Assembly (NCBI GenBank): GCA_949296995.1
Contig: CASFSC010000147.1
Span: forward strand, 1 to 34,955
Origin: an uncultured Alistipes sp.
Lineage (GTDB): Bacteria; Bacteroidota; Bacteroidia; Bacteroidales; Rikenellaceae
Direction of reading: 5' to 3'
DNA: 34,955 bases
Position numbers and translations under genes: made by a program. Positions 9,245-19,334 of this stretch are shown piece after piece. The stretch's first letter is position 1. Each line of letters starts with the position of its first letter. The notes under the pieces were generated by a model. It was not told the DNA's origin. It ran no database searches and was given only the letters and a program-made list of their open reading frames with translations.

Positions 9245-10012
9245 TCAACTGTTTTTATTCCTCAAACGAATTTCAGTAATAACCTTTTTGGTATACAAAG
9301 GAAAATCGCCATTCATCATCCATGAATAATAACTCGGTTCGACATTGAACACTTCAACCACAGAACGCCCTTTATGTTTCCCGAAATTAAATACCTCCTC
9401 ACCCTTATCATTATAAACAATACGTCCGGCAAAATCAACATTTTGTCCACGGGTCGAAAAATCTGCCAAAAAATCGACATCGTTTTTCAATTCATCATAT
9501 TTATCGATCTGGGCTTTGAGCACTTCGTAAGTTGCCAACGTATCGGCCTCTGCCGAATGAGCTTCGGTAAGATCCTTATTGCAGTAAAATTTATATGCTG
9601 CAACCAACGTACGTTGCTCCAATTTATGATATATATTCTGAACGTCTATAAAACGGCTGTTTTTAAAATCGACATCTACACCGGCACGGAGAAACTCTTC
9701 GACAAGAATCGGAATATCGAAATTATTCGAATTAAATCCTGCAAAATCACATCCCTTGATATATGCCCACATAGATTTCGAAATTTCCTTGAATGTCGGA
9801 CAATCTGCCACATCGGCATCATATATATGATGTACGGCAGATGCAGCCTCAGGTATATGCATCTGAGGATTGATCCGACGTGTTTTGACCTCTTCTTTCC
9901 CATCAGGAGTAACTTTTACCAGAGATATTTCGACAATTCTGTCTTTGGTAACATCAACACCCGTAGTTTCGAGATCCAAAAAAACTATAGGTTTATTCAG
10001 TTTAAGATCCAT
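9245..10012 (-). CDS. DEDDh 3'-5' exonuclease (DNA polymerase III epsilon-like)
   Basis: FLDLETTG, FNSNNFD, HSAEAD and C-terminal FGKHKG module. Lies directly downstream of dnaN. Confidence 0.92.
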   Translation of the reverse strand: MDLKLNKPIVFLDLETTGVDVTKDRIVEISLVKVTPDGKEEVKTRRINPQMHIPEAASAVHHIYDADVADCPTFKEISKSMWAYIKGCDFAGFNSNNFDIPILVEEFLRAGVDVDFKNSRFIDVQNIYHKLEQRTLVAAYKFYCNKDLTEAHSAEADTLATYEVLKAQIDKYDELKNDVDFLADFSTRGQNVDFAGRIVYNDKGEEVFNFGKHKGRSVVEVFNVEPSYYSWMMNGDFPLYTKKVITEIRLRNKNS

Positions 10013-10045
10013 CTGCGGATTGATATCTATACTGCTTATCTAATT

Positions 10046-11170
10046 TTATGCGTTTATCATCATCGGCATCAATAACATCAATGTATCTTTAGCAGGCGTA
10101 TCCTCATAAACCGGTTTGAAAACTCCAGCACGTGTAGAATCCGCCAACTCTATTTGTACATTGTCCGTATCGATATTATTAAGTATTTCAACCAAAAAAG
10201 TCGATTTAAATCCTATTGTCATGGCATCCCCTTCATAACTGCAAGTAAGTGACTCCTGACCGGATACTGAAAAATCGAGATCCTGTGCAGTAAGATTAAT
10301 CGTATCGGCAGATATATCGAACTTGATAAGATTTGTAGATTGATTGGAACAAACGGCAACACGTTTAATACTGTTCAGAAGTTCCATTCGATCAACCAAA
10401 ACTTTATTGGGGTTATTTTGTGGAATAACTGCATTGTAATTAGGATAATTACCCTCTATCAAGCGGCACACCAAAGTATGGTTCTTAAGATTGAACTGTA
10501 CGTTTTTAGTATCGAATTCAACTTTTATATCCTCATTTTCTTTAGAGAGCACAGACTTCAAAAGGTTAGCCGGTTTTTTGGGAAGTATAAACGATGCCTC
10601 AACATCAGATGACAGAGGTGAACTGTATTTAACCAATTTATGTGCATCAGTAGCAACATACGTTATAGTTTGGCCATCCAGAACGATATATATACCGTTC
10701 ATTATAGGTCTCAATTCATCGTCTGCTGTAGCGAAGATGGATTTTACTATCCCATTTTCAAGACAATCGGCCGGTATTTCAACACTCTGTTTACCATCTT
10801 CGAGAGCCGGAAGGGCCGGATAGCTCAACCCTGAAGTACCTGGAATAGTAAACTTACCGGTTTTCCAACTGATAACTATTTCCCATGTAGATTCATTGGC
10901 TTCGATAGTAAGAGGTTGTTCAGAAAATTCCTTCAATGAATCTTGCATAAGTTTGGCCGGTGCGGCTATGATTCCGTCACCTTCTGACGATTCTACGTTA
11001 ATTGAACCAACAATCGTGGTTTCAAGATCGGATGCAGTAATTTTCAGTGAATCCCCTTTCAAATCCATAAGAAAATAGTCCAAAATAGGTAATGTATTTT
11101 TATTACTGATAACTTTACCCGTGGTCTGAAGAAGATTAAGCAATGCTGAAGATGATACTACAAATTTCAT
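10046..11170 (-). CDS. dnaN: DNA polymerase III beta sliding clamp
   Basis: NTLPILDYFL, ASDLET, DELRPIMNG, ATDAHKL, RLIEGNYPNY, LLMPM, 374 aa. Confidence 0.98.
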   Translation of the reverse strand: MKFVVSSSALLNLLQTTGKVISNKNTLPILDYFLMDLKGDSLKITASDLETTIVGSINVESSEGDGIIAAPAKLMQDSLKEFSEQPLTIEANESTWEIVISWKTGKFTIPGTSGLSYPALPALEDGKQSVEIPADCLENGIVKSIFATADDELRPIMNGIYIVLDGQTITYVATDAHKLVKYSSPLSSDVEASFILPKKPANLLKSVLSKENEDIKVEFDTKNVQFNLKNHTLVCRLIEGNYPNYNAVIPQNNPNKVLVDRMELLNSIKRVAVCSNQSTNLIKFDISADTINLTAQDLDFSVSGQESLTCSYEGDAMTIGFKSTFLVEILNNIDTDNVQIELADSTRAGVFKPVYEDTPAKDTLMLLMPMMINA

Positions 11171-11209
11171 GTTTCTATATTTTTTTAATTATTACCTTTT
11201 TTCCAATTT

Positions 11210-11217
11210 CAAATATA
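11210..11217 (-). promoter_or_regulatory. Sigma-A -7 box for the dnaN operon
   Basis: TATATTTG on minus strand, about 40 nt upstream of the dnaN ATG. Confidence 0.55.
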
Positions 11218-11226
11218 GCCCATTTT

Positions 11227-12102
11227 TTACAATATAACCAGTTTTTCAAGACACATTATTATCATCTTATTAACAAATTCACGATAATCGGTATCCATTT
11301 TTTTTGCAACTCTCTGTGCTATAACTGTACATATTGTAACGGCATCATGTCCCATCAGGGCAGACAATCCTGCGAGAGCAGACCCTTCCATTTCAAAATT
11401 GGTCACCCGTCTTCCATTGTAGCGGAAAAACTCTATCTTCGCATTTAATTCCGGATCAGCCGGAGAAATTCTCACATAACGACCCTGAGGTGCATAAAAT
11501 CCGGGAGCTGAAACAGTTATACCTTCTATGACATCGTCTTTGAAAAGTGCTCTCAGTTTTTCTGAACAATCTATACAATAAGGTGCGGCCAATAAGGGAC
11601 TCCAACCGGTATGTTTTGTAAACTCACGTTCCATATCGAGGTCACACACATCATTTCGCCCTTTATAAAAATTCAAAAGGCCGTCGAACCCTATCGATGT
11701 ACGCGACAATAGAAAATCACCTATTTCTATATCCGGTTGCAAACCTCCGCATGTTCCCAACCGTACCAAAGTAAGATGCTTTTTTTGTTCTTTTTCCTGA
11801 CGGGTATTGAAATCTATATTTACCAAAGCATCAAGTTCCGTTACCACAATGTCGATATTATCCGTACCGATACCTGTAGAGAGCACAGTTATCCTTGTTC
11901 CCCTGTAGTGTCCTGTCGCAGAGACAAATTCACGATTGGCACTTCTCGACTCTACACTATCGAAATGTGCAGCTACTTGTTCCACTCTTCCCGGATCACC
12001 TACAAGTATAATTTTATCAGCCACCTGTTCCGGACGCAAATGGAGGTGAAATACCGATCCGTCACTATTTATTACAAGTTCTGAAGCTTCTATTTTCCGC
12101 AT
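11227..12102 (-). CDS. Nucleoside phosphorylase (uridine phosphorylase/PNP_UDP_1 family)
   Basis: VGDPGRV, NREF, STGIG, RLGTCGGL, FYAPQGR, NFEMEGS. Confidence 0.9.
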   Translation of the reverse strand: MRKIEASELVINSDGSVFHLHLRPEQVADKIILVGDPGRVEQVAAHFDSVESRSANREFVSATGHYRGTRITVLSTGIGTDNIDIVVTELDALVNIDFNTRQEKEQKKHLTLVRLGTCGGLQPDIEIGDFLLSRTSIGFDGLLNFYKGRNDVCDLDMEREFTKHTGWSPLLAAPYCIDCSEKLRALFKDDVIEGITVSAPGFYAPQGRYVRISPADPELNAKIEFFRYNGRRVTNFEMEGSALAGLSALMGHDAVTICTVIAQRVAKKMDTDYREFVNKMIIMCLEKLVIL

Positions 12103-12165
12103 AATCGAAATTATTTTGTATTATTACTATAAAAGTAATTATTTTGCACCAAATTTTTAAATAAG

Positions 12166-13554
12166 ATGACATTAATTAAATCAATATCCGGAATCAGGGG
12201 TACAATCGGAGGCAATCCTGGAGATAATCTGACCCCCATAGACATAGTAAAATTCACATCGGCATATGCCAAATGGCTGAAAAATTCTACGGCAGACAAA
12301 CAACTGAACGTAGTTATCGGCCGTGATGCACGTATATCGGGTGAAATGGTTTCATCGATAGTCGAAGGCACACTTTGCGGATGCGGCATAAATGTTATAA
12401 ACATAGGCCTTGCCACAACCCCTACCGTAGAACTTGCAGTACGGGAAAAGAAAGCGAACGGAGGTATAATCCTCACTGCCAGTCACAATCCCAAGCAGTG
12501 GAACGCGTTGAAACTTTTAAATTCACGCGGTGAATTTTTGAGCGACAGCGACGGGAAACAGATTTTGTCTTTTGCAAACGAAGGGGTTGAAAATTTTCCA
12601 GATGTAGACAATATCGGACATGTTATCGAACGCAGCTCTTTCGATGACGAACATATAAAAAGCGTCCTCAACCTCAAACTGGTAGATGTTCCTGCCGTAA
12701 AAAATGCAAAACTCAAAGTTGTCGTGGACGCTGTAAACTCAGTGGGTGGAAAGGTAATACCCGAATTGCTGCGTGCAATGGGAGTTGAAGTTGTAGAACT
12801 ATATTGTACTCCTAACGGACATTTTCCACATAATCCGGAACCACTGCCTGAAAATCTCACCGAAATATCAAAAGTGGTGGTAAAAGAGAAGGCTGACCTC
12901 GGTGTTGTTGTTGACCCGGATGTGGATCGTCTTGCATTGATTTGTGAAGACGGTACGATGTTCGGTGAAGAATATACACTTGTATCTGTAGCTGATTACG
13001 TTTTGTCACACACTAAAGGAACTACTGTTTCCAATTTAAGTTCTTCTCGTGCGCTCAAGGATATTACAGAAAAACATGGATGTAAATATTTTGCAGCCGC
13101 TGTGGGGGAAGTAAACGTCGTTGCCAAGATGAAAGAAGTTGGAGCTGTAATAGGTGGTGAAGGCAATGGCGGTGTAATCTATCCCGAAAGCCATTATGGC
13201 CGTGATGCACTTGTAGGAGTTGCGCTGTTCCTCACACATTTGGTCAAGAGTGGCAAGAAAGCATCCTCATTAAGAGCATCATACCCTGAATATTACATTT
13301 CAAAAAACAAAATAGCCCTTACACCTGAAATCAATGTAGATGAAGTTTTGAAAAAAATGAAGGAAAAATATTCATCCGAGCAGGTAAACGACATAGACGG
13401 TGTTAAAATAGATTTCCCTACAGAATGGGTACATCTTCGCAAATCCAACACGGAACCTATCATCCGCATATATAGTGAAAGCAGGGACAAAGCCTCAGCT
13501 GATGCTTTGGCTGAAAAGATAATCACAGACATCAAAACAATCTGCGGAATATAA
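12166..13554 (+). CDS. glmM: Phosphoglucosamine mutase (alpha-D-phosphohexomutase family)
   Basis: SISGIRG, GRDAR, TASHNP phosphoserine loop, DPDVDR metal loop, GGEGNGG, RKSNTEP. Confidence 0.9.
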   Translation: MTLIKSISGIRGTIGGNPGDNLTPIDIVKFTSAYAKWLKNSTADKQLNVVIGRDARISGEMVSSIVEGTLCGCGINVINIGLATTPTVELAVREKKANGGIILTASHNPKQWNALKLLNSRGEFLSDSDGKQILSFANEGVENFPDVDNIGHVIERSSFDDEHIKSVLNLKLVDVPAVKNAKLKVVVDAVNSVGGKVIPELLRAMGVEVVELYCTPNGHFPHNPEPLPENLTEISKVVVKEKADLGVVVDPDVDRLALICEDGTMFGEEYTLVSVADYVLSHTKGTTVSNLSSSRALKDITEKHGCKYFAAAVGEVNVVAKMKEVGAVIGGEGNGGVIYPESHYGRDALVGVALFLTHLVKSGKKASSLRASYPEYYISKNKIALTPEINVDEVLKKMKEKYSSEQVNDIDGVKIDFPTEWVHLRKSNTEPIIRIYSESRDKASADALAEKIITDIKTICGI

Positions 13555-13577
13555 TACTCAGTCACCTGCAACATAAT

Positions 13578-13613
13578 AGAAGGCCGATTGAAAAATTTTT
13601 CAACCGGCCTTCT
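13578..13613. terminator. Terminator hairpin between convergent glmM and recN
   Basis: Near-perfect palindrome AGAAGGCCGATTGAAAAA/TTTTTCAACCGGCCTTCT flanked by A/T-rich tracts. Confidence 0.75.
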
Positions 13614-13716
13614 TATTTATTACTTTATTCCAATCTAAATACGATATCGGAATCTTAAAAATATTCTTCTAAAATATTTCACCAATATTACTTCGAATTA
13701 TCAATCAGAAATCAGA

Positions 13717-15378
13717 CTAATGTATTCCCAACAATAATTTAGCCTGTGTGCGGGCTGCATCCGTCACATTGGAACCGCTAAGCATCTTGGCTATCTCTTC
13801 TATACGCTCATCTGTATCGAGTTTACGTATCATTGTAACCGTTCCTGCCGATGTATCCTCCTTATAAACAAAGAAATGAGTATCTCCTTTCGAGGCCACC
13901 TGAGGCAGATGCGTAATATTTATCACCTGTATGTCTCCAGCAAGGGTGCATATTATTTCACCCATTTTGTCGGCAATAGAACCTGAGACTCCCGTATCAA
14001 TTTCATCGAAAATTATGGTCGGCAATTTAGAATGCCCAGCTAAAAGCGATTTCAAAGCAAGCATCAGCCGTGACATTTCACCACCCGAAGCAACCTTTTC
14101 TATCGGTTGCAGTGGCATATTCTTATTGGCCGTAAACATAAACCTTACCACATCAGCACCATCAGGTTGCAAACCAACAGACGGAATAACTTCAACCTTT
14201 AACTGAGACGATGGCATACCCAACTTAGATAAAACCTCAACTACATATCGTTCAACCTTTTCTGCCGCTATTTTACGTACATCTGTTATCTGAGAAGCCA
14301 ACTTGACTGCCTTTTCCTGCAACTCTCCTATCAAAACCGTCAAACGTTCTATTTCTTCATCATATCCATTTATACATTTGAGTTGCTCCTCATATTTATG
14401 CTGCAATTCCAACAGTTCGGCAACGGAAGATACCTTATGTTTCTGTTGAAGTGAATATATGGCATCCAAACGCTCTCTGACACTTTCCAAACGATCATTG
14501 TCAGCTTCTATTCGGTCTCCGTTAGATGCCATTTCAGAATATAAATCCTTTAATTCCAGCAATACGGAACGCAAACGCTGGGCATACTCTCCCGCCACCG
14601 GAAAAACATTCTGCAAGCGTCCTATGGAAAGTTCCATATTTTTTAATAAAGTAAGAATACTGCGTTCATCATCGCCTCCGAGAACATCCGCACTATACAA
14701 TAAATTCTCTTTTATTTCAGAGGCATGTGTAAGTTCTTTAAGATATGTTTCCAATTCTTCCTGCTCTCCATCAGCAAGATTCATGGAATGCAACTGTTTC
14801 AACTGGTATGTCACATATTCAACATCCTTACTTGCCGATGCAGCCAATTCTTTCAAGCGTGCAAGCTCTCTTTCCTGTATCTTCAATTCTGAATATACCT
14901 TTGCGTAATCATCCAATAAATTACCGTCATCGGCAACACTGTCCACGCTTTTTATCTGGAAACGACTGTCTCCCAACAATAATGTCTGATGCTGGGAATG
15001 TATGTCTATAAGTTTTCCACCTATTTCACGCAAAGCAGTTAGTTGTACCGGAATATCGTTGACATAAGCACGACTTTTACCCGATGTGGATATTACTCTG
15101 CGAATAATGGTAACAGGCTCGTAATCTATATCAGCCTCTTCAAAAAGAGGTTCAAGACCATACCCCGCAATATCGAACTCTCCTTCTACCACACAATTAC
15201 GCCCAGGATCTTTGGCTACGGCACTATCGCTTCGACTTCCTAAGATAAGAGATAAAGCTCCCAACAAAATAGATTTACCGGCACCGGTCTCACCCGTAAT
15301 GATATTCAATCCGGATGCAAACTCTATGTCCAACTTATCTATCAGGGCATAATTTTCAACCGAAAGCCGCCTAAGCAT
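13717..15378 (-). CDS. recN: DNA repair protein RecN
   Basis: TGETGAGKS Walker A, DIHSQH, ASGGEMSR, IFDEIDTG, ITHLPQVA. Confidence 0.98.
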   Translation of the reverse strand: MLRRLSVENYALIDKLDIEFASGLNIITGETGAGKSILLGALSLILGSRSDSAVAKDPGRNCVVEGEFDIAGYGLEPLFEEADIDYEPVTIIRRVISTSGKSRAYVNDIPVQLTALREIGGKLIDIHSQHQTLLLGDSRFQIKSVDSVADDGNLLDDYAKVYSELKIQERELARLKELAASASKDVEYVTYQLKQLHSMNLADGEQEELETYLKELTHASEIKENLLYSADVLGGDDERSILTLLKNMELSIGRLQNVFPVAGEYAQRLRSVLLELKDLYSEMASNGDRIEADNDRLESVRERLDAIYSLQQKHKVSSVAELLELQHKYEEQLKCINGYDEEIERLTVLIGELQEKAVKLASQITDVRKIAAEKVERYVVEVLSKLGMPSSQLKVEVIPSVGLQPDGADVVRFMFTANKNMPLQPIEKVASGGEMSRLMLALKSLLAGHSKLPTIIFDEIDTGVSGSIADKMGEIICTLAGDIQVINITHLPQVASKGDTHFFVYKEDTSAGTVTMIRKLDTDERIEEIAKMLSGSNVTDAARTQAKLLLGIH

Positions 15379-15385
15379 AACTCTA

Positions 15386-16585
15386 TCAATCTTTATTTAT
15401 CAATGTTTCCATCTCGTTAATTATATCCTCTGCAACCTTTGCCTTACTTTCCAAAGGATATACGCTCTTGGCACCGTCTCGGAAAATTACCGTGACTTTG
15501 TTTGTGTCGACACCAAATCCTGCGCCTTTATCTTTCAACGAATTGAGCACTATCATATCGAGATTTTTCTTTTCGAGTTTACCCATAGCATTTTTTTCAC
15601 CGTCTCCGGTTTCGAGAGCAAATCCGACAAGTATCTTGTCACCCTTAACCTCTCCCAATGCAGCTGCTATATCATGTGTAGGTTTAAGCTCCAATTGCAT
15701 CGGCTCATCGCCACTTTTAATCTTTTCAGATGCAACGTCAACTGGTGTATAATCAGCAACAGCTGCACACATAATCGCCCCGTCACACGATTCGAAAACC
15801 GTCGTTGCTGCCTGATACATCTCTTCGGCCGTAGTCACATTCACAATATGAACTCCCTGGGGAGGTGTAAGCGTTGTCGGTCCGCTGACCAATATAACAT
15901 AAGCGCCACGGTCAACAAGTTCCTGGGCTATGGCATACCCCATTTTACCGGTAGAATGATTCGATATAAACCTGACAGGATCTATTGCCTCAACTGTCGG
16001 CCCGGCTGTAACCATATAACGTTTCCCGTAAAGGCTCTTGGTCTTTTTAAAATATGCATCCAGTTCTGCAACAATCAATTCCGGCTCTTCCATACGTCCT
16101 TTACCCGACAAACCGCTGGCCAGCTCACCTTCGACAGGTTCGATCACCCGATTACCATAACTTTTTAACGTTTCCAGATTGTATTGTGTCGCAGGATGAG
16201 CATACATATCCAAATCCATAGCTGGAGCGACGAAAACAGGACAACGTGCAGACAAATATGTAGTCAACAACAAATTGTCTGCAACTCCCGTAGCCATTTT
16301 AGCAATGGTATTTGCCGACGCAGGTGCTATAATATAGCAATCTGCCCATTCGCCTAATGCAACATGACTGTTCCATTCTCCATTTTCAGGATTAAAAAAA
16401 TCTACCAAAACCGGATTTTTACTCAGTGTTGCAAATGTCAAAGGTGACACGAATTTTTTAGCTGTCTCGGTCATAAGTACTTTGACTTCAGCACCCTCTT
16501 TAATAAGCAATCTGACAAGTATAGCAGCTTTATAAGCTGCTATACTCCCGGTAATTCCGACAATTATCTTTTTACCTTCAAACAT
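15386..16585 (-). CDS. coaBC: Bifunctional phosphopantothenoylcysteine decarboxylase/synthetase
   Basis: GITGSIAAYK, APASANTIAK, PAMD, TAGPT-E-IDPVRFISNHSTGKMG, AAVADY, GFALET. Confidence 0.98.
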   Translation of the reverse strand: MFEGKKIIVGITGSIAAYKAAILVRLLIKEGAEVKVLMTETAKKFVSPLTFATLSKNPVLVDFFNPENGEWNSHVALGEWADCYIIAPASANTIAKMATGVADNLLLTTYLSARCPVFVAPAMDLDMYAHPATQYNLETLKSYGNRVIEPVEGELASGLSGKGRMEEPELIVAELDAYFKKTKSLYGKRYMVTAGPTVEAIDPVRFISNHSTGKMGYAIAQELVDRGAYVILVSGPTTLTPPQGVHIVNVTTAEEMYQAATTVFESCDGAIMCAAVADYTPVDVASEKIKSGDEPMQLELKPTHDIAAALGEVKGDKILVGFALETGDGEKNAMGKLEKKNLDMIVLNSLKDKGAGFGVDTNKVTVIFRDGAKSVYPLESKAKVAEDIINEMETLINKD

Positions 16586-16638
16586 GATTTCTCAAAATAT
16601 GTATCATGGCTTGCACCTAATTGATGCACGCCTCGTTT

Positions 16639-16980
16639 TTACTCTTCTGTCTGTTCAGGCTGGGAAGGTTCACTTTCTCTGAAATAAACACCTCCGTCAA
16701 TAAACTCTTCAGTCGCAATTATGGTCGGCTTGGGAAGGCGTTCATAATAACGAGATATTTCTATCTGTTCACGGTTTTCAAAAGTCTCTTCCAGAGAATC
16801 GTTCGCACTGGAAAAATCAGCAAGCTTGCGTGTCAATTCCTGCTTGATATCGGTAGCGATCTGGTTAGCCCTTTTACTTATTATAACTACTGATTCGTAA
16901 ATGTTTCCTGTAGACGCATCAAGGTCTGTCAATTTACGCGTAACAGTATTGTTTGGAATGTTACTCTTCTTTATTTCCAT
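16639..16980 (-). CDS. rpoZ: RNA polymerase omega subunit (Bacteroidetes type)
   Basis: TGNIYESVVIISKRANQI and EETFENREQIEISRYYERLPKP. Located between bamD and coaBC. Confidence 0.9.
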   Translation of the reverse strand: MEIKKSNIPNNTVTRKLTDLDASTGNIYESVVIISKRANQIATDIKQELTRKLADFSSANDSLEETFENREQIEISRYYERLPKPTIIATEEFIDGGVYFRESEPSQPEQTEE

Positions 16981-17824
16981 CTTCTTGCTCAGATTTATTC
17001 TCAGTTGTATTTTCAGTTGTATTTGTATTATATTTTGCCAAATAATTTTTCGCTTCCTCCTGCATGCGGTCCAACTCTTTTCGATATTGACTGTCAGGAT
17101 AGTCTGCTATAAAGGAATAATAAGCATCCTGAAGATCCATATATCGCTGGCGTTGCATACTCTCTATACTTTTCGAGGCATACTCGTAATTGGCACAAAC
17201 CAATAAGTACATAATTTCTTCCCTGTGATTCGATTCGGGATATGCATCAAGGGCATTTCGCAGAGCTATCTTCGCAGCATTATAATATCCTATGTCATAA
17301 TACAATTTGGCACTCGCAAGAGATTTATCATACAATTTTTGCATCAATTCTTTCACATTCTCCTGCAAAGCTTCTTTCTTTACACTGTTAGGATAACGCT
17401 CCAAATATTCGTTTATAACCCTGATAGCCTCTGTCGAAGCACTTTGATCTCTTTCAACCATAGGAGTCAAAAAATAGTGGCTCTTGGCATACATATATTC
17501 AACCTCTTCAATGAACGGCGAACCGGGATAATTTTTTCTAAATTCATCGAACACTACGATACTGTTATTAAAATCACCCTGCTTATAATAACTGCTTCCC
17601 CAATAATAATACAACGTATCGACCGCAAGTTGTCCTTCGTAATAAGCTACTATATTCTCCATCAACATAGAGGTCTTGCTGTATTTTCCCTCATCATAAT
17701 ACTCGATGGCTTTTTTAAACTGCAATTTGTAATCTTCACTTTTTAGCAATCTTGCAAATCCACTGCATGACACGGCAAATGCAGCAACTGCCAAAAACAA
17801 AAATCTGCTGATACTCAATCTCAT
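16961..17824 (-). CDS. bamD: Outer membrane protein assembly lipoprotein BamD
   Basis: Lipobox AVSC, TPR-like helices, YPGS and DQS motifs. Overlaps rpoZ by 20 nt. Confidence 0.9.
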   Translation of the reverse strand: MRLSISRFLFLAVAAFAVSCSGFARLLKSEDYKLQFKKAIEYYDEGKYSKTSMLMENIVAYYEGQLAVDTLYYYWGSSYYKQGDFNNSIVVFDEFRKNYPGSPFIEEVEYMYAKSHYFLTPMVERDQSASTEAIRVINEYLERYPNSVKKEALQENVKELMQKLYDKSLASAKLYYDIGYYNAAKIALRNALDAYPESNHREEIMYLLVCANYEYASKSIESMQRQRYMDLQDAYYSFIADYPDSQYRKELDRMQEEAKNYLAKYNTNTTENTTENKSEQEDGNKEE

Positions 17825-17874
17825 TTTACATTTTAGTTTAATATGCCATCCTCTCTACTTAATTACAGACTCGG

Positions 17875-17950
17875 CAAAGTTATGTATTTTTAACGAGTTG
17901 AAAAAAAATATATTGTTTTTTTTAATGTATAAATAAAAGATATAAATTTG
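17875..17950. promoter_or_regulatory. Divergent sigma-A -7 boxes for bamD and the SulA-like gene
   Basis: TAACTTTG on minus strand at 17875-17882 and TAAATTTG on plus strand at 17943-17950. Confidence 0.7.
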
Positions 17951-17990
17951 CATGATAAAACACGCTTAAACATTACTAAAAAATAAAATC

Positions 17991-19241
17991 GTGGATATTT
18001 TTGAAAGAATAGAGAAAAATGCCGGTGGTCCTATCGGCATGTACCAAAAGTTTAGCCATGGCTACTTTTCATTCCCAAAACTTGAAGGAGAAATAGGTCC
18101 CCGTATGAAATTCCGGGGTAAAGAGGTGCTCAATTGGAGTCTCAATAACTACCTGGGACTTGCGAACCATCCCGAAGTACGTGAAGCCGACGCAAAAGGC
18201 GCAGCTGAATTCGGTATGGCTGCCCCAATGGGAGCACGTATGATGAGCGGACAAACCAAATATCATGAAGAACTCGAACGTCAATTAGCCGAATTCGTCG
18301 GAAAAGAAGATGCATTCCTGCTCAATTACGGTTACCAGGGTATGTTATCAATCATAGACTGCCTTTTAAGCCGTAACGATGCTGTGGTTTATGACGCAGA
18401 AGCTCATGCTTGTATTATCGACGGTTTGCGTTTACACACGGGAAAACGTTTTGTGTATGCGCACAATGATATGGAAAGTTTCCACAAACAGCTTGATCAT
18501 GCAAGTAAAGTAGTAGCTGAAACAAAAGGTGGTATTTTGGTTATTACCGAAGGTGTATTCGGCATGAAAGGCGACCTTGGCAAACTTGACGAAATTGTTA
18601 AATTCAAAAAAGATTACAATTTCCGTCTGCTTGTAGACGATGCACACGGTTTTGGAACAATGGGTCCTGGAGGTAAAGGTACAGCTGCACATTTCGGGGT
18701 GACAGATCAGGTCGATGTATTGTTCAATACATTTGCAAAATCCATGGCCGGTATCGGAGCATTCGTATCATCACACAAATATATTATCGACTATTTACGC
18801 TACAACATGCGTTCTCAAACTTATGCGAAATCTCTGCCTATGCCAATGGTTATGGGAGCATTCAAACGTCTTGAACTTATCAAAAAACACCCTGAATACC
18901 AAGAAAAACTGTGGACTATAACCAATGCTTTACAAAAAGGGTTCCGTGACCGCGGTTTCGACATAGGAGGAACATTGTCTCCTGTAACACCTGTTTACAT
19001 GAAAGGGGATATACCGGAAGCTACAAACCTTGTAGTAGACCTTCGTGAAAACCACAATCTGTTCTGTTCAATGGTAGTATATCCGGTAATTCCGAAAGGA
19101 GAATTGATTCTGCGTATTATCCCTACAGCAGCACACACATTAGAAGATGTAGAATACACGCTCAACTGTTTCGATTCAATACGTGGCAAGCTTCTCGCCG
19201 GAGAATACAAAAAACCGATGCCAAATATGGCTGACAAATAA
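17991..19241 (+). CDS. PLP-dependent alpha-oxoamine synthase, most likely cysteate acyl-ACP transferase (SulA/CapB type, sulfonolipid synthesis)
   Basis: GTG start. Motifs NNYLGLA, HACIIDG, DDAHG, TFAKS (PLP Lys250) and SQTYAKSLP (Lys280, where SPTs have Ala). Confidence 0.85.
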   Translation: MDIFERIEKNAGGPIGMYQKFSHGYFSFPKLEGEIGPRMKFRGKEVLNWSLNNYLGLANHPEVREADAKGAAEFGMAAPMGARMMSGQTKYHEELERQLAEFVGKEDAFLLNYGYQGMLSIIDCLLSRNDAVVYDAEAHACIIDGLRLHTGKRFVYAHNDMESFHKQLDHASKVVAETKGGILVITEGVFGMKGDLGKLDEIVKFKKDYNFRLLVDDAHGFGTMGPGGKGTAAHFGVTDQVDVLFNTFAKSMAGIGAFVSSHKYIIDYLRYNMRSQTYAKSLPMPMVMGAFKRLELIKKHPEYQEKLWTITNALQKGFRDRGFDIGGTLSPVTPVYMKGDIPEATNLVVDLRENHNLFCSMVVYPVIPKGELILRIIPTAAHTLEDVEYTLNCFDSIRGKLLAGEYKKPMPNMADK

Positions 19242-19267
19242 AATTTGAAATCGATACTTATCATTCA

Positions 19268-19300
19268 TAAAAGCTGCCTAAACAAACAGGCAGCTTTTTA
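19268..19300 (+). terminator. Rho-independent terminator after the SulA-like gene
   Basis: AAAAGCTGCCT-aaacaaac-AGGCAGCTTTTT. Confidence 0.85.
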
Positions 19301-19334
19301 TTAATGTAACCAAATAGAAACATTCGGACAAAAT

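Noticed and set aside
9374-10075. 233-aa plus-strand ORF and the many other 60-175 aa overlapping ORFs in the track
   Set aside because: All lie inside clearly identified genes on the opposite strand or in another frame, with biased composition and no motifs.
10046-11226. Replication origin near dnaN
   Set aside because: No dnaA, no DnaA-box cluster and only short intergenic gaps. dnaN is commonly separate from dnaA in Bacteroidetes.
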